From: PVC group bacterium
Lineage (GTDB): Bacteria; Auribacterota; Erginobacteria; Erginobacterales; Erginobacteraceae
Reading direction: 5' to 3'
Length of the DNA stretch: 45,334 nt
NCBI GenBank assembly: GCA_043804695.1
Contig: JAZDIV010000114.1
Span: forward strand, 1 to 45,334
The notes under the pieces were generated by a model. The model did not search any database and was not told where the DNA came from. It worked only from the letters and a program-made list of their open reading frames with translations. Each line of letters begins with the position of its first letter. Positions within the stretch are counted from its first letter, which is position 1. Both the position numbers and the translations under genes were made by a program. This document shows positions 1-8,741 of the stretch, piece after piece.

Positions 1-168
1 CATTGCGAGGAGCGCAGCGACGAAGCAATCTCATCATTTTGGATAAGAGGTGGTTATGAATGAAAAAATAGATTGCTTCGCCCCTTCGGGGCTCGCAATG
101 ACATTTTAGGGTTTACCGGACAGCCTCTTTAGGCTGCCACACGATGGCGACCTAAAGGTCGCCGCTAC
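1..168. mobile_element. Truncated 167-bp MITE copy (right end at 127) inside a GTAG-type REP doublet
   Basis: Near-identical to copies at 19361, 28723 and 37048. Ends CGGACAGCCTC + TTTA, then REP arms ending in CTAC at 165-168. Confidence 0.85.
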
Positions 169-303
169 GAGCACGAGGTACCGGGTTTACCGAATGTTTA
201 CGCCGGCGGAAATAGATCTTTAGCTGTAATTCATTGCCGGAGAGTTTGATAAAATCAATATCTTTTCGTGAGGCTGTTCATTTAAATTTTGTCATGGTTC
301 AAA

Positions 304-335
304 ACTAACCCGATTTATGAATAAATCGGGTTAGT
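304..335. repeat. Palindrome ACTAACCCGATTTAT-GA-ATAAATCGGGTTAGT
   Basis: Perfect 15-bp stem; second copy at 39554-39581. Confidence 0.8.
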
Positions 336-371
336 GCTTGTTCATTTTTATTTTTTCTACGAAAAAATAAA

Positions 372-1331
372 ATGGCGCAGTTAATCCCCATCCGCGAGTT
401 GAATCCCGACCGCGTTCCGGTCACCATCAAGGCGAGCGTGATCTCGCTCTGGTCGTCGCCCCGCGAATCGGTCGCCCGGGAGGGGCGACTGGAGGATGAG
501 ACCGGGATCATCCCCTTTACCCTCTGGGCCGGCTCCCCCATCAAGGACCTGGAGAAGAGGAAAAAGTACATTTTCCACCGGGCGGGGCTGGGGAAGATGG
601 ATGGAGAACTCAGGGTTCAGCTGGATGAGCTGACCACGGTCTACCCCGTGGATGAAGAAGCCGATGTCTATCGGACACTGCTCAAAATCACCCAGCTGGA
701 GCAGGCGGAGCGAAAACGGTTTGCAAAGGGCTCCCGGATAACCAAAACCGACCGGGCCCGGCCGAGCAGGAATAAGTTCAGCATCGTCATCGCCGCCGGC
801 GTTGTCATCTGGGCGGCGATCATGATCCTGGTCTTCACGGACCTGGTGACGGAGGAGAAGATCCGGAACTTCTTTCTGCAAAAACGCTCGGCCAAACGGA
901 CCGCCGCCGCCCGGAAATCGGCCACTATCTCCCGGGAGGGGACGGTCGAGGAGGTCCCGGAGGGCGGGGTTCTCCTGGTCCGGATCGGCGAGGAGCAGTG
1001 GACGATCTATTACCTGGGGCTGGAAGTTCCCCGGATGCCGGCCGAAAAGGGGGCGTCGATAGACCCGATGGCACTGCAGGCGCTGAACTTCAACAAGTTC
1101 CTGGCCCGGAACAAGACCGTCCGCCTGGAGTTCGAAGAAAGCCTGCCGCCGGAAAGCGGCGAGGGGCAGGCCTACGTTTTTGACGGGGAGAAGATGCTGA
1201 ACGCCGCCCTGCTTGAGCGCGGCCTGGCCCGGCTCACGGAGGCGGGGAAGAAACTGTCCTACGGCGAACAGCTGCTCCGGGCGGAAGAGAGCGCCCGGAA
1301 AGAACGAAAGGGGATCTGGCGGAAGAAATAA
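372..1331 (+). CDS. RPA-like OB-fold / TM helix / thermonuclease (SNase)-like fusion protein
   Basis: N-term VTIKASVISLW...GRLEDETGIIPFTLW (RPA-type OB fold); TM FSIVIAAGVVIWAAIMILVF; C-term AYVFDGEKMLNAALLERGLA...AEESARKERKGIW (SNase C-terminal motif). Confidence 0.8.
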   Translation: MAQLIPIRELNPDRVPVTIKASVISLWSSPRESVAREGRLEDETGIIPFTLWAGSPIKDLEKRKKYIFHRAGLGKMDGELRVQLDELTTVYPVDEEADVYRTLLKITQLEQAERKRFAKGSRITKTDRARPSRNKFSIVIAAGVVIWAAIMILVFTDLVTEEKIRNFFLQKRSAKRTAAARKSATISREGTVEEVPEGGVLLVRIGEEQWTIYYLGLEVPRMPAEKGASIDPMALQALNFNKFLARNKTVRLEFEESLPPESGEGQAYVFDGEKMLNAALLERGLARLTEAGKKLSYGEQLLRAEESARKERKGIWRKK

Positions 1332-1334
1332 ATG

Positions 1335-1793
1335 TTATCGTCTTTTATCCGGATGAAGCAGTTTGTCCAGAAGACGGAGGGCGTGCTCGACGTTGGCGGC
1401 CGGGATCACGCCCGGGATGTCCCAGGTCCCGATGCCGATGACCTTTTTCCCGGAATTCAGAGCGTAGCCGATTTCGGTCAGTGTCCCGTATTTCCCGTCA
1501 ACAGCGATCACCACTTCCCCCGACAGGGCGACGATCGCGTTCCGGGCCAGGCCGATCCCGGTCGCGATCGGGATGCCGACGTAGGGGTTGGCTGACGAGG
1601 GACGGTTCCCGGGGAGGATGCCGACCGTCTCTCCTCCCGCCTCTTTCGCCCCCCGGCAGACCGCCTCCATCACCCCGCCCAGGCCGCCGCAGACAACGGT
1701 CAGGCCGCGCTTCGCCAGCTCGCGGCCGAGTTCCTCGGCCGCGCGGAGTACCGCCGGATCAGCCCGGTTTCCGCCAATAACGCTAATTAGCAT
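1335..1793 (-). CDS. TIGR00725 family LOG-like Rossmann-fold nucleotide-binding protein
   Basis: ISVIGG, VVCGGLGGVMEAVCRGA, GILPG, ARN, GTLTEI motifs. Start moved to ATG at 1793. Confidence 0.9.
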   Translation of the reverse strand: MLISVIGGNRADPAVLRAAEELGRELAKRGLTVVCGGLGGVMEAVCRGAKEAGGETVGILPGNRPSSANPYVGIPIATGIGLARNAIVALSGEVVIAVDGKYGTLTEIGYALNSGKKVIGIGTWDIPGVIPAANVEHALRLLDKLLHPDKRR

Positions 1794-1861
1794 GCAAGGA
1801 TTTCTTATACGATTATAAGTTTGCCGGCGGTAAGGGAATATACAGGGTGCCAGATTGTAAA

Positions 1862-1997
1862 AAATTCTAAATCCTAAACAATATCTAATGACCAAAACAA
1901 TAAATTCAAAACAAAAGCGTCGATGGCCCGATGTTTTGAACATTTAAAATTTAGATTTAGAATTTATTTAGGATTTAGATATTAGGATTTAGGATTT
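1862..1997. repeat. Heptamer-periodic inverted-repeat element (AAATCCT / AGGATTT type)
   Basis: A-rich 7-mer units on the left arm, complementary T-rich units on the right arm. Confidence 0.75.
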
Positions 1998-2067
1998 CCT
2001 CCCATCACGAAGAAACAATCCGTTGTATGACCTGATCACACAATTTTCAACAAAACCAGGGATTGGA

Positions 2068-2871
2068 TCAGTCAGAGTCCGATTCGATCGTCGAGGTGAT
2101 GACTTTCAGCCTCTCGGTCTTGATCTTCTCTTCCCGGGAACCGCTGGTGGTGGGGATATTAATGACAGACGTCCCGTCCTTGTTCACTTTCTTGACAACG
2201 CCAACCCGGGTCTTGTTCCCGGTTGCCCACTGGACCAGATCGCCGATCTTAATCTCACTCATTGCTTCTTTCTCCTTTTTGGGCTCCCTCCGGGGAGGGG
2301 CCTTTTTGGTGGATTTAAACGACTGCCCGATATCCAGAGAGTAGACAATATCGCCCTGGTTCGGCTCTCGCTGTCCGATCTCCAGACGGATCAGCCCGTT
2401 CGGCCGGATAAAGGCCGCCAGAGACTGGCCGGCCGGCTTGAAGACCACCGCCTCTTCTTCGCCGTCGGCATTGAGGACAATGACCGGGGCCAGATCGTTC
2501 TTCCGGATCTCCTCCCGGTTCCCGTCCGTCGGGTCCGCCCCCCGCTCTCCTCCGGGTGAATTCAGCAGGATGACGTTGTAGGGGTTGGAGGTGGACTGGT
2601 AGCCCATGCTCTTCTCCCGCCGCGCGAACTCGAAGTTCCCGTCATCCTTTCCTCCCCGGTCGCGGTTGAACACCGCCACCATCAGCACGCCGCTCTGGCG
2701 GTTCTTGACCTCCCCGAAGGTATAGTACCCGGGCGCGATCAGGTGGTCGTTGTCGGCCAGGTATTCGGCCGCCGCATCCCCCCGGAGCAGCGCGGTGGAG
2801 CGGGCGCAGGAGAGGGAGAAGAGAACCGGGAGAATGAATGCACAGAGTTTCCAAAGATGGTTGTTATTCAT
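2068..2871 (-). CDS. Hypothetical lipoprotein with C-terminal KOW/SH3-like motif
   Basis: Lipobox-like LFSLSC; C-term IKIGDLVQW...GVVKKV. Confidence 0.65.
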   Translation of the reverse strand: MNNNHLWKLCAFILPVLFSLSCARSTALLRGDAAAEYLADNDHLIAPGYYTFGEVKNRQSGVLMVAVFNRDRGGKDDGNFEFARREKSMGYQSTSNPYNVILLNSPGGERGADPTDGNREEIRKNDLAPVIVLNADGEEEAVVFKPAGQSLAAFIRPNGLIRLEIGQREPNQGDIVYSLDIGQSFKSTKKAPPRREPKKEKEAMSEIKIGDLVQWATGNKTRVGVVKKVNKDGTSVINIPTTSGSREEKIKTERLKVITSTIESDSD

Positions 2872-2890
2872 GATAAACCTGACGTAAAAC

Positions 2891-3139
2891 CAAATTCCAA
2901 ATTACAAGCACCTCAGCCAAAGGCTGATCAACCTCCGGCTGAAAATCCCAAATAAATTCCAATTACCAAAATTCCAAACAGATTGTCAAAACCCAGGGAT
3001 TGTTTCTCTATCAGCTTACAAAGACTATGTTGTTTAATGGAGCACTTTGACAAATCCAAGCCCGTTCCGGCGGAGTTTGTGATTTTGAATTTGGGGTTTG
3101 GAATTTGTTTATTATTTATTATTTGGTATTTGTGATTTG
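2891..3139. repeat. Heptamer-periodic inverted-repeat element (CAAATTC / GAATTTG type) with internal insertions
   Basis: caaattccaaattacaa...ttggtatttgtgatttg arms; inner IR gattgtcaaa / tttgacaaatc; small ctcagccaaaggctga insert. Confidence 0.75.
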
Positions 3140-3208
3140 CTCAAGGCATAGTTGAGACATTAATAAAAAACCCTGCAGATGCCGGTAGTTCAGGACTATT
3201 TCTCCAGT

Positions 3209-4198
<990 letters not shown>

Positions 4199-4247
4199 GA
4201 CTTTTCTCCTCCCGAGGATTTGTTAGGTACGTATCCTTAAAGGAGAT

Positions 4248-4276
4248 AAACTACCAGAGGGCCACATTGTAATCAA
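4248..4276 (-). promoter_or_regulatory. Possible sigma70 promoter for ilvC
   Basis: TTGATT-17-TAGTTT with a TG extension on the minus strand. Confidence 0.35.
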
Positions 4277-4426
4277 GGATAACCGGCAATAAAGTGCCGA
4301 GCGTCATCTGGCCATCAGGGGCGGTGTCTGACGTGCATTAAGTGTTTGCGTAAACGATGGCCTCTTTTTCTCCGGCGTGAGCGTAATCACCATTACGGAC
4401 CGGTGCGAGTAAGGGTAGTTCATTTA

Positions 4427-4933
4427 TCAATATTCCACACCCTGGCGGGCCGCGATGCATTTCCGGTAAGGATGGCGGACTTCTCGTATTTCACTGACGT
4501 AATCGGCGCGGGAGAGAATTCCACCGGGGCAGTTCCTCCCGGTCAGGACCAGTTCGATCTCCGGGGGGCAGCCGGCGATCAGGCTGAGCACGCCCGCGGC
4601 GTCCAGCAGTCCGAGGTCGAGGGCGAGATTGATCTCGTCCAGGATCAGGAGATCGGCCGACTTTTCGCGCAGGATCTCTTCCGCCCGGTCCAGGCCCTCT
4701 TGCGCTTCCCGCCGGTCATCTTGACCGGGGGGTCGGGCGAGGATGCATTCCTCGCTCCCGAACCGGAGGACCCGGCAGTTCTCGAACCGGGTCAATGATG
4801 CGATTTCGCCGGAAGGTCTCATTTTCAAAAACTGGATCAGGCAGACCCGCTTTCCCCATCCCAGGGACCGGAGAGCGAGACCGAGGGCGGCGGTGGTCTT
4901 CCCCTTCCCGTCACCGGTGTAAATATGGATCAT
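4427..4933 (-). CDS. cobO: Cob(I)yrinic acid a,c-diamide adenosyltransferase (CobO/BtuR)
   Basis: IHIYTGDGKGKTTAALG, QFLK, LILDEI, ELVLTGR, HPY...GVEY. Confidence 0.95.
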   Translation of the reverse strand: MIHIYTGDGKGKTTAALGLALRSLGWGKRVCLIQFLKMRPSGEIASLTRFENCRVLRFGSEECILARPPGQDDRREAQEGLDRAEEILREKSADLLILDEINLALDLGLLDAAGVLSLIAGCPPEIELVLTGRNCPGGILSRADYVSEIREVRHPYRKCIAARQGVEY

Positions 4934-4997
4934 ATAAATTAGCTCGCTGCGCTTGCTACTTTATAATGGACCCCCCGACTGATTCAGTCGGGGGGTC
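4933..4997. repeat. Two small palindromes: TATAAATTAGCTCGCT element and GACCCCCCGACTGA-T-TCAGTCGGGGGGTC
   Basis: The first has an inverted copy at ~16737-16769. The second is a perfect 14-bp stem at 4969-4997. Confidence 0.7.
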
Positions 4998-5138
4998 TGT
5001 TGGTTAATAAAAATATTTTCACCGAGGCAACACTATAAAAAAGCTTTATAACCTCAGCCAACATTTACCCCAAAGAATATAATTTATCTGTCGGCTTCAA
5101 ATATACCATTCTTTTTTTTCCGCAGAAAAAATCAGAGT

Positions 5139-5236
5139 ATTGTCCCGATTCAGTTATTCAAAAGTATTGTTATCCCGACGGATGTCGGGACGGATGTCGG
5201 GAAAATTCCAAAGCAGGAACTTAGCGCCTTCGGCGC
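5139..5236 (+). repeat. R repeat (~91 bp, ATTGTCCCGATT...TTAGCGCCTTCGGCGC), copy 1
   Basis: Homologous to 5449-5539, 28938-29028 and ~7831-7930. Confidence 0.8.
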
Positions 5237-5258
5237 AACTTCGTAGAGGCGACCTTCA

Positions 5259-5425
5259 GAGGCTGTCCGACAATTGGCATTTTTGCAAATTTCGCGGTCA
5301 TTGCGAGGAGCGAAGCGACGAAGCAATCTTAACCAATTGGGATATAGCTTATTCTGATCACGCTTTTAGATCGCTTCGCCCCTCCGGGGCTCGCTCTGAC
5401 ATTTGTGGGGTTGTCGGACAGCCTC
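5259..5425. mobile_element. 167-bp MITE (divergent copy) in a REP
   Basis: 15-bp perfect TIR GAGGCTGTCCGACAA / TTGTCGGACAGCCTC; flanked by REP halves GTAGAGGCGACC and CCGCCGCTAC. Confidence 0.85.
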
Positions 5426-5448
5426 TAAAGACCGCCGCTACGATATTT

Positions 5449-5539
5449 ATTGTCCCGATTATTTATTCAGAAATATCGTTATCGGGATCCCGATGGATAT
5501 CGGGAAAATTCCGAAGCAGTAAATTAGCGCCTTCGGCGC
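5449..5539 (+). repeat. R repeat, copy 2
   Basis: 88/91 identical to 28938-29028 by manual alignment. Confidence 0.85.
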
Positions 5540-5547
5540 GACTTTTC

Positions 5548-5631
5548 GCCACCAAGACACTAAGGAAAACCAAATAAGGTGAATATGTTACCCTTTTTTC
5601 TCTTTTCTTGGTGCCTTTGTGCCTTGGTGGC
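5548..5631. repeat. GCCACCAAGACAC-type inverted-repeat element
   Basis: gccaccaagacactaagg ... cctttgtgccttggtggc; related arms at 36917 and 37358. Confidence 0.75.
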
Positions 5632-5637
5632 TAATAA

Positions 5638-6171
5638 TTATTTTCCCGATGATTTCTTCCGGGCCGATGATTTCGGTTTGCCGGCGGTCTTTTTCGGCGC
5701 GGCGGACGCGGCGGCGGACGCCGGTTTTCTTTTCTTTGTCCCCTTCGCTCCGACCGGCTTTTTCTTCTCCGGCTTTTTTTTCACTGTCTTTTTCTTCGCC
5801 GCCTTTTTCTCGACCGGCGGGCGTTCCCTGTCACTTTCAACCCGGTCTTCCTGGCCCGGGAGAATGATCTTCTCTATCTCCACCGTGCAGAAGCCCTGGC
5901 GATGGCCCAATTTCCGGTGAGAGTCTTTTCGCCTCTTGTACTTGTAGACGATGATCTTCGGGGTCTTGCCGAACCCGGTAATCCGGCCTTTCACGGCATA
6001 GCCGTCGAGGGTGGGCCGGCCCAGCGCAATGTTTTCCCCGTTCCAGTAAAGAAGGACTTTCGGGAAAGTCACCAGATCGCCTCCGGCCCCCGCCAGCGTG
6101 GGGGTCTCGATGCTCCCCCCCTCCTCAACCAAATATTGCTTGCCGGCTATTTCTACAACCGCGAAGTTCAT
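5638..6171 (-). CDS. rplU: 50S ribosomal protein L21 with Lys/Ala-rich C-terminal extension
   Basis: FAVVEIAGKQYLV, KIIVYKYKRRKDSHRKLGHRQ; SD GGAGG before ATG at 6171. Confidence 0.97.
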   Translation of the reverse strand: MNFAVVEIAGKQYLVEEGGSIETPTLAGAGGDLVTFPKVLLYWNGENIALGRPTLDGYAVKGRITGFGKTPKIIVYKYKRRKDSHRKLGHRQGFCTVEIEKIILPGQEDRVESDRERPPVEKKAAKKKTVKKKPEKKKPVGAKGTKKRKPASAAASAAPKKTAGKPKSSARKKSSGK

Positions 6172-6193
6172 CGTTATCCCTCCAGTTTGATTA

Positions 6194-6222
6194 AATTTAT
6201 GCAAGGCCGGCAACAGTGTCAA
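6194..6222 (-). promoter_or_regulatory. sigma70-type promoter for rplU
   Basis: TTGACA-17-TAAATT on the minus strand. Confidence 0.6.
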
Positions 6223-6228
6223 CTGAAA

Positions 6229-7779
6229 TCAATGCTCGTTCGGCCTGGTCACCCGCTCCTGGCCGGTGCTGGAGAGGGCCCAGATCACATACTCCTGAAA
6301 CCCGAGCTCGGGGTTGTCGATAATGCTGATCCTGATCCCCCGCCGGTGGCCGAACCGGCGCAGCTGATCCCAGCCTTCCTCGAGGAGGAACCGGGCCAGG
6401 GCCGGAGCGGCCACGATCCGGAATCTCTTCGCCTTCGGATACCGGAACATCCCCGAACGGAGCAGGCGCTCGATCTCCAGCCCCATGCTGAACAATGACT
6501 TGACGGCGCCCAGCCCGCGGCAGTATGGGCAGCGCTCGTACACCTTCATCAAAAAGCTCTCTTCCTCCCTCTGCCTGGTCAACTGGACCAGCCCGAACTC
6601 GGAAAACGGGAGCACCCGGGTCTTGGCTTTATCCTTTTTCAGCTCTTTCAGGAGGGCGGTCATGACCCGCTTCTGATACCGCCGGGAGGACATGTCGATG
6701 AAGTCGATCACGATGATGCCTCCGACGTTCCGGAGACGGAGCTGCGTTGCCACCTCTTCGGCGGCTTCCAGGTTGGCCTTCAGGGCGGTCTCCTCCTGGT
6801 CTTTCCCTCCCTTGTGCTTCCCCGAGTTGACGTCGACCGCGACCAGAGCCTCGGTTTGATTGAAGACCAGGAATCCACCGCACTTGAGCCAGATCTTGGG
6901 GTGGAAAAGTTTTTCAATTTCAGCGTCCAGATCGTGCTTCTCGAAAAGAGGCTTCCGGCCCCGGTAAAGAACAAGCCGGGACTGGACCTGGGGAGAGAAG
7001 TTGGCCAGAAACCGGTTGATCTTTTTATATTCTGTTTTGGAATCAACGACGATGTGTTCGACATCGGTCAGCAGGGATTCCCGGATGACCTTCATGACCA
7101 GCCCCAGTTCTTCGTGCAGGAGCGCCGGGGCGGCGGCGTTCTTCTCCTGTTTCAGCACGGTCTTCCAGGTATTAAGCAGATAATGAAGATCTCTTTTCAG
7201 GTTCTGCCTGGTCGCGGTGAGGGCGGCCGTCCGGACGATCACGCCGATATCTTCCGAAGCCTTCAATTCCATGATCAGCTTCCGCAGACGCTGGCGCTGG
7301 TCGGCCGTGGTGATCTTGCGGGAGATTCCGATCCTCTTCTCCCGCGGGGTCAGCACCAGGTAGCGTCCGGGGAGGCTGATCTGGGTGGTTAAACGCGCCC
7401 CCTTGCCGCTGATCGGCTCCTTGACCACCTGGACCACGATCTCCTGGTCTTTCCGGAGAAGCTGCTGAATGGTGCGGACCGGCCGAAGAGATGAGTTTTT
7501 GGCGGGGGCGATGTCTTCGTCGTCGGCATACTCTTCCCAGAGGGATGACGACTGAGCGGTCTCCCTCATCGGCAGGAAGCCTTCTTTTTCCAGACCGACG
7601 GAGACGAAGGCGGCCGCCAGCCCGGGGAGGATGGTGGTCACCGTGCCCTTGTAGATGTTGCCCAGCGGACGCTGCGACTCGCCGCGTTCGAGAAAAAATT
7701 GTTCCAGTTTTCCGTCCGCCAGCACGGCCACCCGGTTTTCGCGCGGGTGACAGTTAATGAGTATCTCTTTGCTCATCAC
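6229..7779 (-). CDS. rng: Ribonuclease G/E (Rne/Rng family)
   Basis: GNIYKG S1 domain, VQVVKEPISGKGARLT, EALVAVDVNSG, GGIIVIDFIDM, CPYC. Confidence 0.95.
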   Translation of the reverse strand: MMSKEILINCHPRENRVAVLADGKLEQFFLERGESQRPLGNIYKGTVTTILPGLAAAFVSVGLEKEGFLPMRETAQSSSLWEEYADDEDIAPAKNSSLRPVRTIQQLLRKDQEIVVQVVKEPISGKGARLTTQISLPGRYLVLTPREKRIGISRKITTADQRQRLRKLIMELKASEDIGVIVRTAALTATRQNLKRDLHYLLNTWKTVLKQEKNAAAPALLHEELGLVMKVIRESLLTDVEHIVVDSKTEYKKINRFLANFSPQVQSRLVLYRGRKPLFEKHDLDAEIEKLFHPKIWLKCGGFLVFNQTEALVAVDVNSGKHKGGKDQEETALKANLEAAEEVATQLRLRNVGGIIVIDFIDMSSRRYQKRVMTALLKELKKDKAKTRVLPFSEFGLVQLTRQREEESFLMKVYERCPYCRGLGAVKSLFSMGLEIERLLRSGMFRYPKAKRFRIVAAPALARFLLEEGWDQLRRFGHRRGIRISIIDNPELGFQEYVIWALSSTGQERVTRPNEH

Positions 7780-7830
7780 AATTTTCCTTCGGAAAATCGC
7801 AGCTGATTTTTGTTCAACGACAATTTCCGT

Positions 7831-7930
7831 TCAACCCGATGTATTCATTCATTTACTCAGAAAAATCATTATCGGGATCCCGACGGATGTCGGGAAAATT
7901 CCGAAGCAGCAAGGACAGCGCCGTCGCGCG
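7831..7930 (+). repeat. R repeat, divergent copy
   Basis: Contains ttatcgggatcccgacggatgtcgggaaaattccgaagcag shared with other R copies. Confidence 0.7.
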
Positions 7931-8029
7931 AGTTCATCAATTTCTTCCACATTGTACGGGGAAGACCGGATATTATCAACACAAATTATGCATAATACTG
8001 CTGTTTTCGCGCAGCAAAAATAATATTCC

Positions 8030-8674
8030 TCAGCCCACCCCCGGATCGAGAAATCTCAGGCGCTGCCAGCGCAGGGCCGGCAGCTGCTCCCCGGCCGCCC
8101 CGGAGAGGGCCGCCAGGACCGCATAGGGGCGGCCGTTCTCCGCCAGGAAGAGAAGCATCCGCAGGCCCCCCTCCCCGTCCAGCTCGAGCTCCTCCACCCC
8201 CCGGCGGGCGTTCGCTGCTTCCGTCTCTCCTCCCCGATCACAGTCTGCCCGAAGATCGCCGGCGAGGAGAAATGATCTGATCATTTCCCCGGTCACCTGA
8301 ACCGGGGCCTTCAGGAACACCCGGTACTCGGCTTGGGCAACCGCTCTCCCCAGGGGGAGCGCCCCGGGGGGAAGCAAGCTCGCTTCCTTGACCCTGATCC
8401 CTTCGGGGAGATGATCATTCAAACTCAGGCGGACCGCATCAGCCTCGACGGGGCGGGAGATGGTTGCCTCCAGCAGTTCATTCAGCCCTTCCATCCCCAC
8501 TTTGAGCGGCGGGCAGAACGACACCCGGGGATGAGGACTGAACCCTTCCGAATACGCGATCGGAAGCCCGGCGCGGGAGAACGCCCGGAAGAAGACCCGG
8601 ATCAGATCGCGGTGTGAAATGAACCGGATCAAGCCGGTTTTGGAGTAAGTAAGACGGAGTTTGATGGGATCCAT
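8030..8674 (-). CDS. TIGR03936 radical SAM-linked protein (DUF2344)
   Basis: YSKTGLIRFISHRDL...RAGLPIAYSEGFSPHPRVSF; adjacent to TIGR03960. Confidence 0.92.
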   Translation of the reverse strand: MDPIKLRLTYSKTGLIRFISHRDLIRVFFRAFSRAGLPIAYSEGFSPHPRVSFCPPLKVGMEGLNELLEATISRPVEADAVRLSLNDHLPEGIRVKEASLLPPGALPLGRAVAQAEYRVFLKAPVQVTGEMIRSFLLAGDLRADCDRGGETEAANARRGVEELELDGEGGLRMLLFLAENGRPYAVLAALSGAAGEQLPALRWQRLRFLDPGVG

Positions 8675-8741
8675 TACTGTGCCCGATATACTATAGTGGT
8701 TCTCTTTCGTTTCGTGGGGATAAATGTTGCTAATCTGGATA

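Noticed and set aside
5140..5577. ORFs spanning repeat clusters (also 7757-8126, 28835-29095, 41888-42145)
   Set aside because: They are translations of MITE, R or heptamer repeats.
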